NCBI GenBank assembly: GCA_963742205.1
Contig: CAVUKZ010000002.1
Coordinates: 99,887 to 163,886, forward strand
From: an uncultured Solirubrobacterales bacterium
GTDB lineage: Bacteria > Actinomycetota > Thermoleophilia > Solirubrobacterales > 70-9
Reading direction: 5' to 3'
DNA length: 64,000 bases
The notes below the pieces were generated by a model. That model saw only the letters and a list, made by a program, of their open reading frames with translations. It made no database searches and was not told the DNA's origin. The stretch's first letter is position 1; the number at the start of each line of letters is the position of its first letter. This document shows positions 33,078-45,477 of this stretch, in pieces. The position numbers and the translations under genes are program-made.

Positions 33078-34175
33078 TCAGTCGACGCGGGCGATGCCCG
33101 CTTCCGCGCAGCCGGCCTCGAGCCGGTCGAGCCCGAACGCGGACGCCGGCCCGAGCGCACCCGTGGCCTCCATCCCCTGCTCCAGCGCAGAGGTCGCCCC
33201 CCACGCGAGCACCCGGCCGGTGAACGTGTAGCCGTTGACGCCGCGCACCTCGACCTGCGCCAACTCGCGGCCGCCCTCGTCGTAGGCGATCGCGGTGATC
33301 GCCGACCCGGTCCGGTCCCGCGCGGCCTCGTCGGGGCCGCCCGTGGACGTCGGCACGAAGCGGTCGACCAGATGGTCGATCCCCGACTTCAGGCCGGGAA
33401 TCCGCAGCAGCGTGTGGTTCACGGCCGACATCGCCTGCATCGCCCGCGCGTTTGAGAACCAGCCGAGGTAGACGTTGACCTCGCGCAGCCCCGGATAGAG
33501 CGCGGGCAGCGCGAAGTGCTCCGACGAGCCGACCGAGATCGCCTCGCGCGCCTTGCCGGCGGCCTCGAAGCTGCGCCTCCTCATCGCCCCGCGCTCCGTG
33601 CGGATCCCGCCCCGCCACGCGAACGACGGCTCGGTCATCGCCCCGGCGGCCGAGGCGCGCGTGCCGCCGCTCATCCCGCCGAGCCCACCGCCGGTGGTGA
33701 AGTAGCCGATGTCGATCCGCGTCGCGGCCTCGCCCGCGTCGCGCAGGGCGAGCGCACCGGCGAGGTTGCCCGGGACCCAGTCGTAGCCAAACGCCGTCAC
33801 CAGCGAGGCTCCGTTGCGCTCGGCCTGCGGGCCGTAGCGCTCGAACACGCTGCGGATGAAGGTGGGCTCGCCGGTCGAGTCGAGGTAGAGAGCCCCGGCG
33901 GCCACGGCCGCCTCGACCGCGGGGGCGCCGTGGCGGACGAAGGGCCCGACCGTGGCCACGATCACGTCGCCGGGCTCCACCAGCGCCCGAACCGACTCCG
34001 GATCGCCGACGTCCGCGACCCTTGTCTCTAGCTCGCCGCCCAAATCCCGCGCGAGGTCGTCGAGCTTCGCGGCGCTGCGCGCGGCGAGCAGCGGCCGCGC
34101 GCCGCGGGCGACCAGCGCCTCGGCCGTCAGCCGACCCGTGTAGCCCGTGGCCCCGAAGAGGACGATCCGCGCCAT
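33078..34175 (-). CDS. Saccharopine-dehydrogenase-family NAD(P)-binding protein (trans-acting enoyl-reductase-like)
   Basis: MARIVLFGATGYTGRLTAEALVARG.. Rossmann N-terminus plus a family-like remainder. Confidence 0.75.
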   Translation of the reverse strand: MARIVLFGATGYTGRLTAEALVARGARPLLAARSAAKLDDLARDLGGELETRVADVGDPESVRALVEPGDVIVATVGPFVRHGAPAVEAAVAAGALYLDSTGEPTFIRSVFERYGPQAERNGASLVTAFGYDWVPGNLAGALALRDAGEAATRIDIGYFTTGGGLGGMSGGTRASAAGAMTEPSFAWRGGIRTERGAMRRRSFEAAGKAREAISVGSSEHFALPALYPGLREVNVYLGWFSNARAMQAMSAVNHTLLRIPGLKSGIDHLVDRFVPTSTGGPDEAARDRTGSAITAIAYDEGGRELAQVEVRGVNGYTFTGRVLAWGATSALEQGMEATGALGPASAFGLDRLEAGCAEAGIARVD

Positions 34176-34179
34176 CGGG

Positions 34180-34632
34180 TCAGAGCTCCCAGCCGAACGA
34201 GATCGCCCGGTACGCGGCGCCCTCGCGCTCGTAGAAACGATGCGCGTCGGCGCGCGCCTCGGCCGAGTCGAGCTCCAGATGCGTGGCGCCGCGCTCGCGA
34301 GCCCAGTCCCTGGCGGCGCCGAGCAGGGCCGCGCCGACGCCCTGCGAGCGGCGCTCGGGATCCACCGCGAGGTCCTCGACCCAGGCCCGATAGCCGAAGC
34401 GGACGGAGTGGATGTCCTGGTAGGCCGTGCAGAAGCCGATCAGGGTCCCGGAGCCGCTCGCTGCGACCAGCACGCAGGCGTCGTGCGAGTCGATCGCCTC
34501 GCGCAGCGCGACTTTCGCCCGGCGCTCGTCCCAAGCGGACGGGCGGGAGCCCGGCGGCGCGAACAGCCACTCGTAGAGCGGCACCACCGCGCTCTCTTCC
34601 CCCGGCTCGGCGGCGCGGACGTCGAACACCAT
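34180..34632 (-). CDS. GNAT-family acetyltransferase
   Basis: ..LAVDPERRSQGVGAALLGAARDWARERGATHLELDS.. acetyl-CoA binding motif. Confidence 0.8.
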   Translation of the reverse strand: MVFDVRAAEPGEESAVVPLYEWLFAPPGSRPSAWDERRAKVALREAIDSHDACVLVAASGSGTLIGFCTAYQDIHSVRFGYRAWVEDLAVDPERRSQGVGAALLGAARDWARERGATHLELDSAEARADAHRFYEREGAAYRAISFGWEL

Positions 34633-34669
34633 CCGGGCAGCCTATTCGGGCCTCTCCTATGCTGGCCGC

Positions 34670-35581
34670 GTGCGACGCCGCCTCCGGGCCATGCTGGGAC
34701 GGGCGTTCGCGACCGCCCGCGGCAGGCGGGCCTTCGAGACCCTGGCGGCGGATCTCGGCTACGACCTCGTCGTCCACGATTGGGCGAGCCCGATCCCGGA
34801 CCTCGCTGCGATCGACGAGGCGACCTGGGACCACGCGAGCGAGCTCGTCGCGCTGCCGCCGATGGACGCGTCGCAGCAGCTCGCGTACCTCGAGCGGCTG
34901 GAGCCGTTCCTGCGCGAGTTCGCGCCCCCGCTGACCGCCGAGGAGGCGCCCGCGGGGGCCTACTTCGCCCGCAATCAGTCGTTCGAGTCGGTGGACGCCG
35001 ACCTGCTCTACGCCACGGTGCGCAGCTCCCGGCCGCGGCTGGTGATCGAGATCGGATCGGGGTTCTCGACCCTGGTCCTCGATCAGGCCACTCGCCGCAA
35101 CGCCGAGGACGGTGCGCCCGCGCGGCTGGTGACGATCGACCCCTACCCCTCCCCGCTGATCGCCCCGCTGGAGACGGAGCTGCACCCCGTCCGCGGCACC
35201 GAGGTGCCGCTGTCCGAGTTCGAGGCGCTCGAGGCCGGCGACATCCTCTTCTGCGACACCACGCACACGGTCAAGCTCGGCAGCGAGGTCAACTACCTGA
35301 TCCTCGAGGTGCTGCCGCGCCTCGCACCGGGCGTGCTGGTGCACTTCCACGACGTCTTCCTGCCCTGGGAGTACCCGCGCAAGTGGCCGCTGCGGTCGCG
35401 CTGGTACTGGTCCGAGCAGTACCTCCTGCAGGCCTTTCTGGCGTTCAACCCGGCGTTTGAAATCCTCTTCGCCTCCCAGCTCGCGACCCGGGCCGAGCCC
35501 GAGCGGGTCGCCGCCTTGATCCCGGGCTTCGTCCCCGGCTCGAGCGTGCCGGCCAGCTTCTGGATCAAGCGGAGTGGCTAG
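34670..35581 (+). CDS. Class I SAM-dependent methyltransferase (Methyltransf_24 / CmcI-like)
   Basis: ..[14 protein letters not shown].. motif I and ..[17 protein letters not shown].. Confidence 0.65.
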   Translation: MRRRLRAMLGRAFATARGRRAFETLAADLGYDLVVHDWASPIPDLAAIDEATWDHASELVALPPMDASQQLAYLERLEPFLREFAPPLTAEEAPAGAYFARNQSFESVDADLLYATVRSSRPRLVIEIGSGFSTLVLDQATRRNAEDGAPARLVTIDPYPSPLIAPLETELHPVRGTEVPLSEFEALEAGDILFCDTTHTVKLGSEVNYLILEVLPRLAPGVLVHFHDVFLPWEYPRKWPLRSRWYWSEQYLLQAFLAFNPAFEILFASQLATRAEPERVAALIPGFVPGSSVPASFWIKRSG

Positions 35582-35592
35582 GCTTCCGCGCC

Positions 35593-36642
35593 GTGAGAAA
35601 CCCTCGAGACTTCCTCAAGCCGCTCGCGATTGGTGCCCCGGACCCGATCACCGAGGTCCCGTTCGGCCCGTCGCGGATGATCCACTTCTTCGACGCCTCG
35701 AACCCCAAGATGGCGGCGAAGGTGCCCGACATGGCGAAGCAGGCGGACATCCTGCTCGGCAACCTCGAGGACGCGGTGTCGGTGGACAACAAGGTCGCCG
35801 CTCGCGAGGGCCTGGTGCGGGTCGCCAAGGAGGTCGACTTCGGCGACACCGCTCTGTGGTCGCGGGTCAACGACCTCTCCAGCCCGTGGGTGCTCGACGA
35901 CATCACCACGCTCGTGACCGAGATCGGGGACAAGCTCGACGTGATCATGGTCCCGAAGGTCGAGGGCGCGTGGGACATCCACTACGTCGACCGGCTGCTC
36001 GCCCAACTCGAGGCGAAGGCAAAGGTCTCGCGCCCGATCCTGATCCACGCGATCCTCGAGACCGCCCAGGGCGTGGTCAACCTGGAGGAGATCGCGACCG
36101 CGAGCCCGCGGATGCAGGGGATGAGCTTTGGGCCGGCCGACCTCGCGGCATCGCGGCGGATGAAGACGACCCGCGTCGGGGGCGGCCATCCCGGCTACCG
36201 AGTGATCGAGGACCCCGACCCCGAGAATCCCGATGCTCCGCGGGCGACCGCGCAGCAGGACCCGTGGCACTACTCGATCGCGCGCATGGTCGACGCCTGC
36301 ACGTCGGCGGGGATCCTCCCGTTCTACGGCCCCTACGGCGACATCAAGGACACCGAGGGCTGCGAGACGCAGTTCCGCGCCGCGTTCCTGCTCGGCTGCG
36401 TCGGCGCCTGGTCGCTACACCCGGTGCAGATCGAGATCGCGAAGAAGGTCTTCTCGCCGGATCCCGAGGAGGTCAGGTTCGCCAAGAAGGTGATCGAGGC
36501 GATCCCCGACGGCCGCGGCGTCCACATGATCGACGGCAAGATGCAGGACGATGCCACCTGGAAGCAGTGCAAGGTGATGGTCGAGCTCGCCGAAATGCTC
36601 GCCAAGAAGGATCCGGAGCTGGCAGCGGCGTACGAACTCTGA
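35593..36642 (+). CDS. mcl: (S)-malyl-CoA / beta-methylmalyl-CoA / citramalyl-CoA lyase (HpcH/CitE family, Chloroflexus Mcl-like)
   Basis: 349 aa. Collinear with the Chloroflexus aurantiacus Mcl sequence as I remember it ([91 protein letters not shown]...[53 protein letters not shown]). Confidence 0.85.
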   Translation: MRNPRDFLKPLAIGAPDPITEVPFGPSRMIHFFDASNPKMAAKVPDMAKQADILLGNLEDAVSVDNKVAAREGLVRVAKEVDFGDTALWSRVNDLSSPWVLDDITTLVTEIGDKLDVIMVPKVEGAWDIHYVDRLLAQLEAKAKVSRPILIHAILETAQGVVNLEEIATASPRMQGMSFGPADLAASRRMKTTRVGGGHPGYRVIEDPDPENPDAPRATAQQDPWHYSIARMVDACTSAGILPFYGPYGDIKDTEGCETQFRAAFLLGCVGAWSLHPVQIEIAKKVFSPDPEEVRFAKKVIEAIPDGRGVHMIDGKMQDDATWKQCKVMVELAEMLAKKDPELAAAYEL

Positions 36643-36649
36643 TCGCTCG

Positions 36650-37051
36650 GTGGCCGCCGAGTTCAGACACTCGATCAGGGTCCGCTGGAACGAGTGCGAC
36701 CCGCAGGGCCACGTCTTCAACGCCAACTACCTCGCCTACTTCGACATCGCGATGACCGAGCTCTGGCGCGAGCTCGGTGGCTACACCGAGATGGTCGACC
36801 AGTCGATCGACATGGTCGTCGCCGAGGCGACCGTGCGCTACCTCGGGCCGCTCGGGTTCGATGACGAGGCGGTGCTCGTCGTTCGCTCGGTGCGCTTGGG
36901 CAACACCTCGATGACCAGCGAGCTCGCGATCGAGCGGGACGAAACCGCGGTCGCCGAGGGCGCCCTCAGGCACGTCTTCGTCGACACCGCCAACGGCGGC
37001 ACGACACCGATCCCCGACCACCTCCGGGCCGGGCTCGAGCGCTACGCCTAG
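36650..37051 (+). CDS. Hot-dog-fold acyl-CoA thioesterase (4HBT/YbgC-like)
   Basis: GTG 8 nt after mcl. ..[24 protein letters not shown].. is the typical 4HBT catalytic Asp region. Confidence 0.8.
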   Translation: MAAEFRHSIRVRWNECDPQGHVFNANYLAYFDIAMTELWRELGGYTEMVDQSIDMVVAEATVRYLGPLGFDDEAVLVVRSVRLGNTSMTSELAIERDETAVAEGALRHVFVDTANGGTTPIPDHLRAGLERYA

Positions 37052-38928
37052 GCCAGGCGCTGCTTCAGGCCGTCGAGCTGCTGGCCGATCTCGGCCGGGA
37101 GCTTGTCGCCGAACTGGGCGAGGAAGGCCTCGACCTGGGGCAGCTGCGCCTGCACCTTCTCGGCGTCGACGGTGAGCAGGGCGCGCATGGCCTCGTCGGA
37201 GACCTCGAGCCCGCGCAGGTCGAGGTCGCCCTCGGCGGGAACGAGGCCGATCGGGGTCTCCACCGTCTCCCCCTCGCCGTTGCAGCGACGGAAGATCCAC
37301 TCGAGCACGCGGCTGTTCTCGCCGAATCCGGGCCACAGGAACTTGCCGTCGGCGTCCTTGCGGAACCAGTTGACGACGAAGATCCGCGGCATCTCATCCG
37401 GATGCTCGCGGGCGATCGACAGCCAGTGGCTGAAGTAGTCGGCCATGTTGTAGCCGCAGAACGGCAGCATCGCCATCGGGTCGAAGCGCAGCTCGCCGAC
37501 CGCGCCGGCCGCGGCCGCCGTGGTCTCCGAGGACATCGTCGCGCCGAGGAAGACGCCGTGCTCCCAATCGAACGACTCGCTCACGAGCGGCTGCACGGTC
37601 GCGCGGCGCCCGCCGAACAGGAAGGCGTCGATCGGCACGCCCGCGGGGTCCTCCCACTCGGGCGCGATGGAGGGACACTGCGCCGCCGGTGTGGTGAAGC
37701 GGGCGTTCGGGTGCGCCGCGGGCTCCTGGCGGTCGGGCGTCCAGTCGTTGCCCTTCCAGTCGATGGCGTGCGCGGGCGGCTCGCCCGTCATCCCCTCCCA
37801 CCAGATGTCGCCGTCGTCGGTGAGCGCGCAATTGGTGAAGATCGAGTTGCGCTCGATCGTGTCCATCGCGTTCGGGTTCGTCTTGTGGCTGGTGTTCGGG
37901 GCGACGCCGAAGAAGCCCGCCTCGGGATTGACCGCGTACAGGCGACCGTCGTCGCCGAACTTCATCCAGGCGATGTCGTCGCCGACCGTCTCCACCGTCC
38001 AGTCGGGGAGCGTGGGGATCAGCATCGCGAGGTTCGTCTTCCCGCAGGCCGAGGGGAAGGCGCCGGTGACGTACTTCACCTCGCCCTCGGGCGAGGTCAG
38101 CTTGAGGATCAGCATGTGCTCGGCCATCCAGCGCTCGTCGCGCGCCATGGCCGAGGCGATCCGCAGCGCGAAGCACTTCTTGCCCAGCAGGGCGTTGCCG
38201 CCGTAGCCGGAGCCGTAGGACCAGATCTCGCGGGTCTCGGGGTAGTGGACGATGTACTTGTTGTCGGCGTTGCAGGGCCACGGAACGTCGTCCTGGCCGT
38301 CGGCGAGCGGCATGCCCACCGAGTGCACGCAGGGGACGAAGTCGCCGTTGGCGCCGAGCACATCGAGGGCGCGCTCGCCCATGCGGGTCATGATCCGCAT
38401 CGAGACCGCGACGTAGGCGGAGTCGGTCAGCTGGACGCCGATGTGGGCGATCCGCGAGCCCAGCGGACCCATCGAGAACGGGACCACGTACATCGTGCGG
38501 CCCTTCATCGACCCGCGGAACAGCCCGCGCAGGTGATCGCGCATCTCCGCCGGGTCGCGCCAGTTGTTGGTCGGCCCGGCCTGGTCTTCGCGCTCGGCGC
38601 AGATGAATGTGCGGTCCTCGACCCGGGCGACATCGCCGGGGTCCGACCGTGCCAGATAAGAGTTCGGCCGCTTGGCCTCGGAGAGCTTCTCGAACGTTCC
38701 CGCGTCGACTAGCTCCTGACAGAGCCGGTCGTACTCCTCGGCGGACCCGTCACACCAGTGGATCGAGTCCGGCTGCGTGAGCTCGGCGATCTCCTCCACC
38801 CATGAGATCAGGCGCGGGTTGTCGGTCAGTTGCTTCGTCGCGGCCGTGGCATCGGTCAAGTTGAGCTTCAACTCCTTCGTTTCGCTGCGTTTAAATCGCA
38901 CCGCTTCGGTGCGCGAGTGGGCGGCCAT
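37048..38928 (-). CDS. pckG: Phosphoenolpyruvate carboxykinase (GTP)
   Basis: ..[23 protein letters not shown].., ..[13 protein letters not shown].. (kinase-1a), ..[16 protein letters not shown].. The start is uncertain; I chose Met21 of the ORF, and the ORF itself begins at 38988. Confidence 0.9.
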   Translation of the reverse strand: MAAHSRTEAVRFKRSETKELKLNLTDATAATKQLTDNPRLISWVEEIAELTQPDSIHWCDGSAEEYDRLCQELVDAGTFEKLSEAKRPNSYLARSDPGDVARVEDRTFICAEREDQAGPTNNWRDPAEMRDHLRGLFRGSMKGRTMYVVPFSMGPLGSRIAHIGVQLTDSAYVAVSMRIMTRMGERALDVLGANGDFVPCVHSVGMPLADGQDDVPWPCNADNKYIVHYPETREIWSYGSGYGGNALLGKKCFALRIASAMARDERWMAEHMLILKLTSPEGEVKYVTGAFPSACGKTNLAMLIPTLPDWTVETVGDDIAWMKFGDDGRLYAVNPEAGFFGVAPNTSHKTNPNAMDTIERNSIFTNCALTDDGDIWWEGMTGEPPAHAIDWKGNDWTPDRQEPAAHPNARFTTPAAQCPSIAPEWEDPAGVPIDAFLFGGRRATVQPLVSESFDWEHGVFLGATMSSETTAAAAGAVGELRFDPMAMLPFCGYNMADYFSHWLSIAREHPDEMPRIFVVNWFRKDADGKFLWPGFGENSRVLEWIFRRCNGEGETVETPIGLVPAEGDLDLRGLEVSDEAMRALLTVDAEKVQAQLPQVEAFLAQFGDKLPAEIGQQLDGLKQRLA

Positions 38929-39099
38929 TGTGCCGGACCGGGGGGCGGTACGCATCACGCTCGCCCCCGTCCCTGAGCCATTTGGCACTAAGTGATCCGC
39001 ACCATCACAAGACTAACGCGCGCCGTCACCGCGCACGTGCGTTTCGACCAGAAGCCGCCTCAATACTTCGGCCACGACGCGCGGCTCGCCCGGGATATC

Positions 39100-39154
39100 C
39101 GGCGAGTCGCCGATCCACCGCGCGATGAGAGCGGTGCAACTCGGCGAGTCGCCG
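39100..39154. promoter_or_regulatory. Two copies of the 13-bp palindrome CGGCGAGTCGCCG, 42 bp apart, in the pckG / sucC-like divergent intergenic region
   Basis: Exact copies at 39100-39112 and 39142-39154 (each cggcga-g-tcgccg), both followed by a. No convincing ORF covers this 330-bp spacer. Confidence 0.4.
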
Positions 39155-39259
39155 ACGTTGATCGCCGGCGGCAGCGCACTCCCGCGCCCTGGCGCGCGTG
39201 TGGTGCGCGGGATGTGATGCGTTTCACTAGGGTTCCGCGCCGCACACGCCGCCCCACCC

Positions 39260-40481
39260 ATGCGCTTCTACGAGTACGAATCACGTCGGATCGTCGAGCG
39301 GGCCGGGATCCCGGTCACCGACTACGGCTTCGCGACCACGGCGGCCGAGGCTCGGGAGGCGGCGGAGCGCATCGACGGGCCGACGGTGATCAAGTCGCAG
39401 GTGCTGACCGGCGGGCGGATGAAGGCGGGCGGGGTGAAGTTCGCCGACTCGCCGGAGGAGGCCGAGGCGCTCGCGGCGGAGATCCTCGAGCTCGAGATCG
39501 GCGGCCACATGCCGGTCGGCGTGCTCGTCGACCCGAAGGCCGAGATCGAGCAGGAGTACTACGCCGCGGTGCTCTGGGACGGGCGCGCGAAGCGGCCGAT
39601 GATGCTGTTCTCGGACATGGGCGGGATCGACATCGAGCAGGTCGCCGCCGAGCACCCCGACCACGTCGGCCGCGGCCATCTCTCGAACCTGCATCCGGTC
39701 TCCGACTTCGAGGCCAAGCAGGTCGTCGCCCGCTGCGGGATCACCGGGTCGGCGCTCAACCGCGCGACCGTGGTGCTCGCCCGCCTGGCCCGCGTGCAGC
39801 GCAACTACGACATGACGCTCGCCGAGATCAACCCGTTGGCGCGGCTCGCGGACGGCTCCTTCGTCGCTCTCGACGCCCACATGGAGATGGAGGACGAGGC
39901 GGTCGGCCGCCACAAGCGGATCCTGGAGGAGATCGGCGTCGACCTCGTCCGAGCCCCGCGAGATGTACGAGCCGTCGGCGTTCGAGCGCAACGTCAAGGC
40001 GATCGACTCGGCCGACCACCGCGGCGTGATCCAGGGCAAGGACCACGGCTTCACCGGCAACCTGGGCCTCGTGATCGGCGCCGGCGGCGGCTCGCTGACG
40101 CTCACCGACGCGGTCCGCAGCCAGGGCGGCAAGCCCGCCAACTACGCCGAGATCGGCGGCAATCCCTCGGTGGCCAAGTCAAAGGGCCTGGCGATGGAGG
40201 TGCTCAAAAAGGACGGCGTGGAGAAGATCGCGGTGATGATGTCGATCGTCTCCAACACGCGGGTCGACATCGTCGCCCGCGGCGTGATCAAGGCCTGCCT
40301 GGAGCTCGGCAAGGACCCGGCCGAGACGATCGCGATCTTCCGCATCCCCGGCGCCTGGGAGGAGGAGGGCTACAAGATCCTCGACAAGTACGGGGTCGAG
40401 TACGCCGATCGCTCGACCTCGATGTGGGATGCGGCCGGCATCGCCGTGGAGAAGATCCAGGGCGGCGGAGGTGGCGCGTGA
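39260..40481 (+). pseudogene. sucC: ADP-forming CoA ligase beta (ATP-grasp) subunit, SucC-like but divergent; one frame change near 39950
   Basis: MRFYEYESRRIVERAGIPV..TVIKSQVLTGGRMKAGGVKFA.. is in one frame. ..SSEPREMYEPSAFERNVKAIDSADHRG..GNLGLVIGAGGGSLTLTD..GGKPANYAEIGGNPS.. is in the next. The track shows this as a 709-aa chimera. Confidence 0.7.
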
Positions 40482-41389
40482 GCATCCTCCTGAACGAGAA
40501 CTTCACCTTCATCGTCCAGGGCATCACGGGCCGCGAGGCCGTGAACCTGACCCGCGAGTGCCTCGACTACGGCTCGAAGATCGTCGGCGGGGTCACGCCG
40601 GGGCGCAAGGGCCGCGAGGTCCACGGCGTGCCGGTCTTCGACACGGTCGAGCAGGTGGTCGAGCACCACGGCTCGCCGCCCGACGGCGCGGTCGTCACCG
40701 TCCCCCCCGCGTTCACCAAGGACGCGGTGCTGGAGGCGATCGAGAACGGCATCGGGCTGATCGTCGTGGTCACCGAGCGCATCCCCCGGGCGGACGTCGC
40801 GCAGATGGTCGAGCTCGCAAACGAGCGCGGCGCGCGGATCATCGGCCCCAACTGCCTCGGGGTGATCGCGCCGGGCGTGGCGAAGATGGGCGGCATCGGC
40901 GGCCCGGCCAAGGACGCGAAGAAGGCCTACGAGCCCGGCCGGGTCGGGGTCATGTCGCGCTCCGGCGGGATGACCACCGAGATCTCGTCATCGCTCACGG
41001 CCGCCGGGCTCGGCGTCTCGACGGCCGTCTCGATCGGCGGCGACGCGATCATCGGCTCCACCTACGCCGAACTGATGCCGCTGTTCGAGGCGGACGCGCA
41101 GACCGAGGCGATCGTGATCTACACGGAGCCGGGCGGCCGCATGGAGGCCGAGCTCGTGGACTGGCGCGACGCGAACGAGTCGAGGCTGCCGATCGTCGCC
41201 TTCATGGCCGGCAAGTTCATGGACGACGAGGAGATGCAGGGGATGAGCTTTGGCCACGCGGGCACGATCGTCGAGGGCAAGGAGGACTCGGCGACCGAGA
41301 AGATCGCCCGGCTCGAGGCCGCAGGGATCCCGGTCGTCGAGCGCATCCACGAGATCCCGGACGTCGTCAAGGAGAAGATCGGTGGCTGA
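40478..41389 (+). CDS. sucD: ADP-forming CoA ligase alpha subunit (SucD-like)
   Basis: The GTG overlaps the beta stop (GTGA). ..IVQGITGREA..IVGGVTPGRKG..VVVTERIP..IIGPNCLGVIAP..MSRSGGMTTE..MSFGHAGTIVEG (phosphohistidine loop). Confidence 0.8.
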   Translation: MSILLNENFTFIVQGITGREAVNLTRECLDYGSKIVGGVTPGRKGREVHGVPVFDTVEQVVEHHGSPPDGAVVTVPPAFTKDAVLEAIENGIGLIVVVTERIPRADVAQMVELANERGARIIGPNCLGVIAPGVAKMGGIGGPAKDAKKAYEPGRVGVMSRSGGMTTEISSSLTAAGLGVSTAVSIGGDAIIGSTYAELMPLFEADAQTEAIVIYTEPGGRMEAELVDWRDANESRLPIVAFMAGKFMDDEEMQGMSFGHAGTIVEGKEDSATEKIARLEAAGIPVVERIHEIPDVVKEKIGG

Positions 41390-41627
41390 TCAGGACGGGA
41401 CGTTCATCGAGGTCGAGGTCTCCGGCGAGGCCGCGACCGATCCGGAGATCGCCAAACAGCTCGAGGAGGTCTGCCCGGTCGACATCTTCGCCGCCCAGCC
41501 CGAGGGGGTCGAGATCGTCCGCGAGAACCTCGACGAGTGCGTGCTCTGCGAGCTCTGCCTCGAGGCCGCGCCGCCGGGGACGGTCGTGGTCAAAAAGCTC
41601 TACGACGGCACCGAGCTGCGGCGCTGA
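41382..41627 (+). CDS. Small ferredoxin-like protein (about 81 aa, one CxxCxxC plus CP)
   Basis: GTG at 41382 overlaps the last codons of the alpha subunit. ..LEEVCPVDIFAAQPEGVEIVRENLDECVLCELCLEAAP.. gives four Cys in a [4Fe-4S]-like arrangement. Confidence 0.55.
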   Translation: MADQDGTFIEVEVSGEAATDPEIAKQLEEVCPVDIFAAQPEGVEIVRENLDECVLCELCLEAAPPGTVVVKKLYDGTELRR

Positions 41628-41633
41628 GCCGGC

Positions 41634-43716
<2,083 letters not shown>

Positions 43717-43832
43717 CGGAGCGATCTTCCGTCCCGCCTGCGATCGGACCCCCAGCGTCCTGCATGCGACAAGAGTTTCGCACGCGCACCCTCTGTCACC
43801 GTGATCTGTGCACGAACGGCACAATCTCACTG

Positions 43833-44294
43833 ATGACTGCCTTCCGACCCAGGGCTGCGGCCGTGATCGCGATCGCGGCAATCGCCGGCGGGGCCATGAT
43901 CGCGGGCGGCGCCGCGGCGAAGCCCGACCACAAGCCGAAGCCGAAGCCCAAGCTGACCCTCCTCACCACCACCGAGGAGGCGGCGTTGAGCAAGCAGGCG
44001 ATCAAGGTCGCGGTCGAGTCGAAGGCCGGCGAGCAGGTCCGCGTGGAAGCGACGTTCGTGGTCGACGGATTTCCGGAGGACTTCGTCTTTCGCCTCGGGC
44101 CGGAGAAAAAGCGCCTGCGCGACCACGCGGCGACGGTGAAGCTGAGGCTGAGCCCACGCAAGCGCGAGGTGCTGGACTTCGCGATCAAGAGCTGCCGCGG
44201 CGCCAGCCTCGACGTCGAGGCGACGGCGGCGAAGCGCACGGGCCACCTGAGCGCCGACCTGGCGATGCCAAGCGACTGCACGGACACGAGCTAG
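43833..44294 (+). CDS. Secreted hypothetical protein
   Basis: Signal peptide MTAFRPRAAAVIAIAAIAGGAMIAGGAAA, a KPKPKPK linker, then a beta-rich domain with a C-terminal Cys pair. Confidence 0.5.
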   Translation: MTAFRPRAAAVIAIAAIAGGAMIAGGAAAKPDHKPKPKPKLTLLTTTEEAALSKQAIKVAVESKAGEQVRVEATFVVDGFPEDFVFRLGPEKKRLRDHAATVKLRLSPRKREVLDFAIKSCRGASLDVEATAAKRTGHLSADLAMPSDCTDTS

Positions 44295-44307
44295 CTCCGA
44301 TCGGCCG

Positions 44308-45474
44308 ATGCGGCTGATCCTGACCACCAACCATCTCGGCCTCGGGGGCAGCGAGTCCTACCTGTTCACGATCGCCCAGGAGCTCGACCGGCTCGGACAC
44401 TCGGCCGTGATCTACACCCGCGAGCAGGGCGCGGGGGCGGCGGCGGCGCGGGGGCGCGGGATCGAGGTCATCGATGACCTCGGCGCCCCGGAGGACCCGG
44501 ACGCCGCGATCGTCCAGGACGCCGGCACCTCGCACGAGCTCGCCGCGCGGCTGCCCGAGCTGCCGCAGCTTTTCGTGGCCCACAGCGAGACGTACGACCT
44601 GCAACTGCCGCCGCAGCTCGAGCGCCAGGTCGCGGTCGCCGTCGCCCTCAACGAGCGCGTGGCCCGGCGCCTGCGTGCGCTCGCGGTGGCGCCGCTCGTC
44701 GTCCGCCTGCGCCAGCCGATCGATATCGAGCACAACGGCGCCGCCGGGCCGCTGCCCGACGTCCCCCGCCGTGCGCTGCTGCTGTCGAACAACCCGGTCG
44801 CCGACCGGCTCGCGCTGATCGAGGGCGCCTGCGCCGCCTCCGGACTCGAGCTCGTCCGCCTGGGCGGCGACTCCGGCCAGGCCGAAGACCCGCGGCAGGC
44901 GCTCGCGAACGTGGAGATCGTGATCGGCTATGGCCGCTCGGTGCTGGAGGCGATGGCCGCCGGTCGCGCGGCCTACGTGTACGACCGCTACGGCGGCGAC
45001 GGCTGGGTGACGGTGGACTCGTACCCGGCGCTCGAGGCGGACGGCTTCGCCGGGCGCGAGCGCGAGACGACGGTCGACGAGGCGCGCCTGCGCTCCGACC
45101 TGCGCTCGTACGCCGCCACGATGGGCCCGGCCAACCGCGACCTCGTGGTGGCGAACCATCGCGCGAACGTCCACGCCCAGGAGCTGGTCGAGCTGCTGCG
45201 CCCGCTCGTGTCCCCGCAGCGCGATCGCCTGCCGCACGAGGAGATGGCACGCCTGGTGCGGCTCGAGTGGCGCGCGCGGGTCGAAGCCCAAGCCCTGCGG
45301 CGCGAGCTCAACCGCCGCGACGAGCAGCTCGAGCTGAGCAAGCGCCAGACCGCGGACGCCGTCGCGCGCACGGACCAGATCCGCAGCAACTACGAGTCGA
45401 CGCTGAGCTGGCGGGCGACCGAGCGCCTGCGCGCGGCGCGCGACCTGGTCCGGCGCCTGGGCGGCCGCCGGTAA
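44308..45474 (+). CDS. Glycosyltransferase (GT-B / GT4-like) with C-terminal coiled-coil tail
   Basis: MRLILTTNHLGLGGSESYLFTIAQELDRLGH.. and ..IVIGYGRSVLEAMAAGRAAYVYD.. (E-x7-E-like region). The last about 90 aa are Arg/Glu/Leu-rich. Confidence 0.65.
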   Translation: MRLILTTNHLGLGGSESYLFTIAQELDRLGHSAVIYTREQGAGAAAARGRGIEVIDDLGAPEDPDAAIVQDAGTSHELAARLPELPQLFVAHSETYDLQLPPQLERQVAVAVALNERVARRLRALAVAPLVVRLRQPIDIEHNGAAGPLPDVPRRALLLSNNPVADRLALIEGACAASGLELVRLGGDSGQAEDPRQALANVEIVIGYGRSVLEAMAAGRAAYVYDRYGGDGWVTVDSYPALEADGFAGRERETTVDEARLRSDLRSYAATMGPANRDLVVANHRANVHAQELVELLRPLVSPQRDRLPHEEMARLVRLEWRARVEAQALRRELNRRDEQLELSKRQTADAVARTDQIRSNYESTLSWRATERLRAARDLVRRLGGRR

Positions 45475-45477
45475 GCG

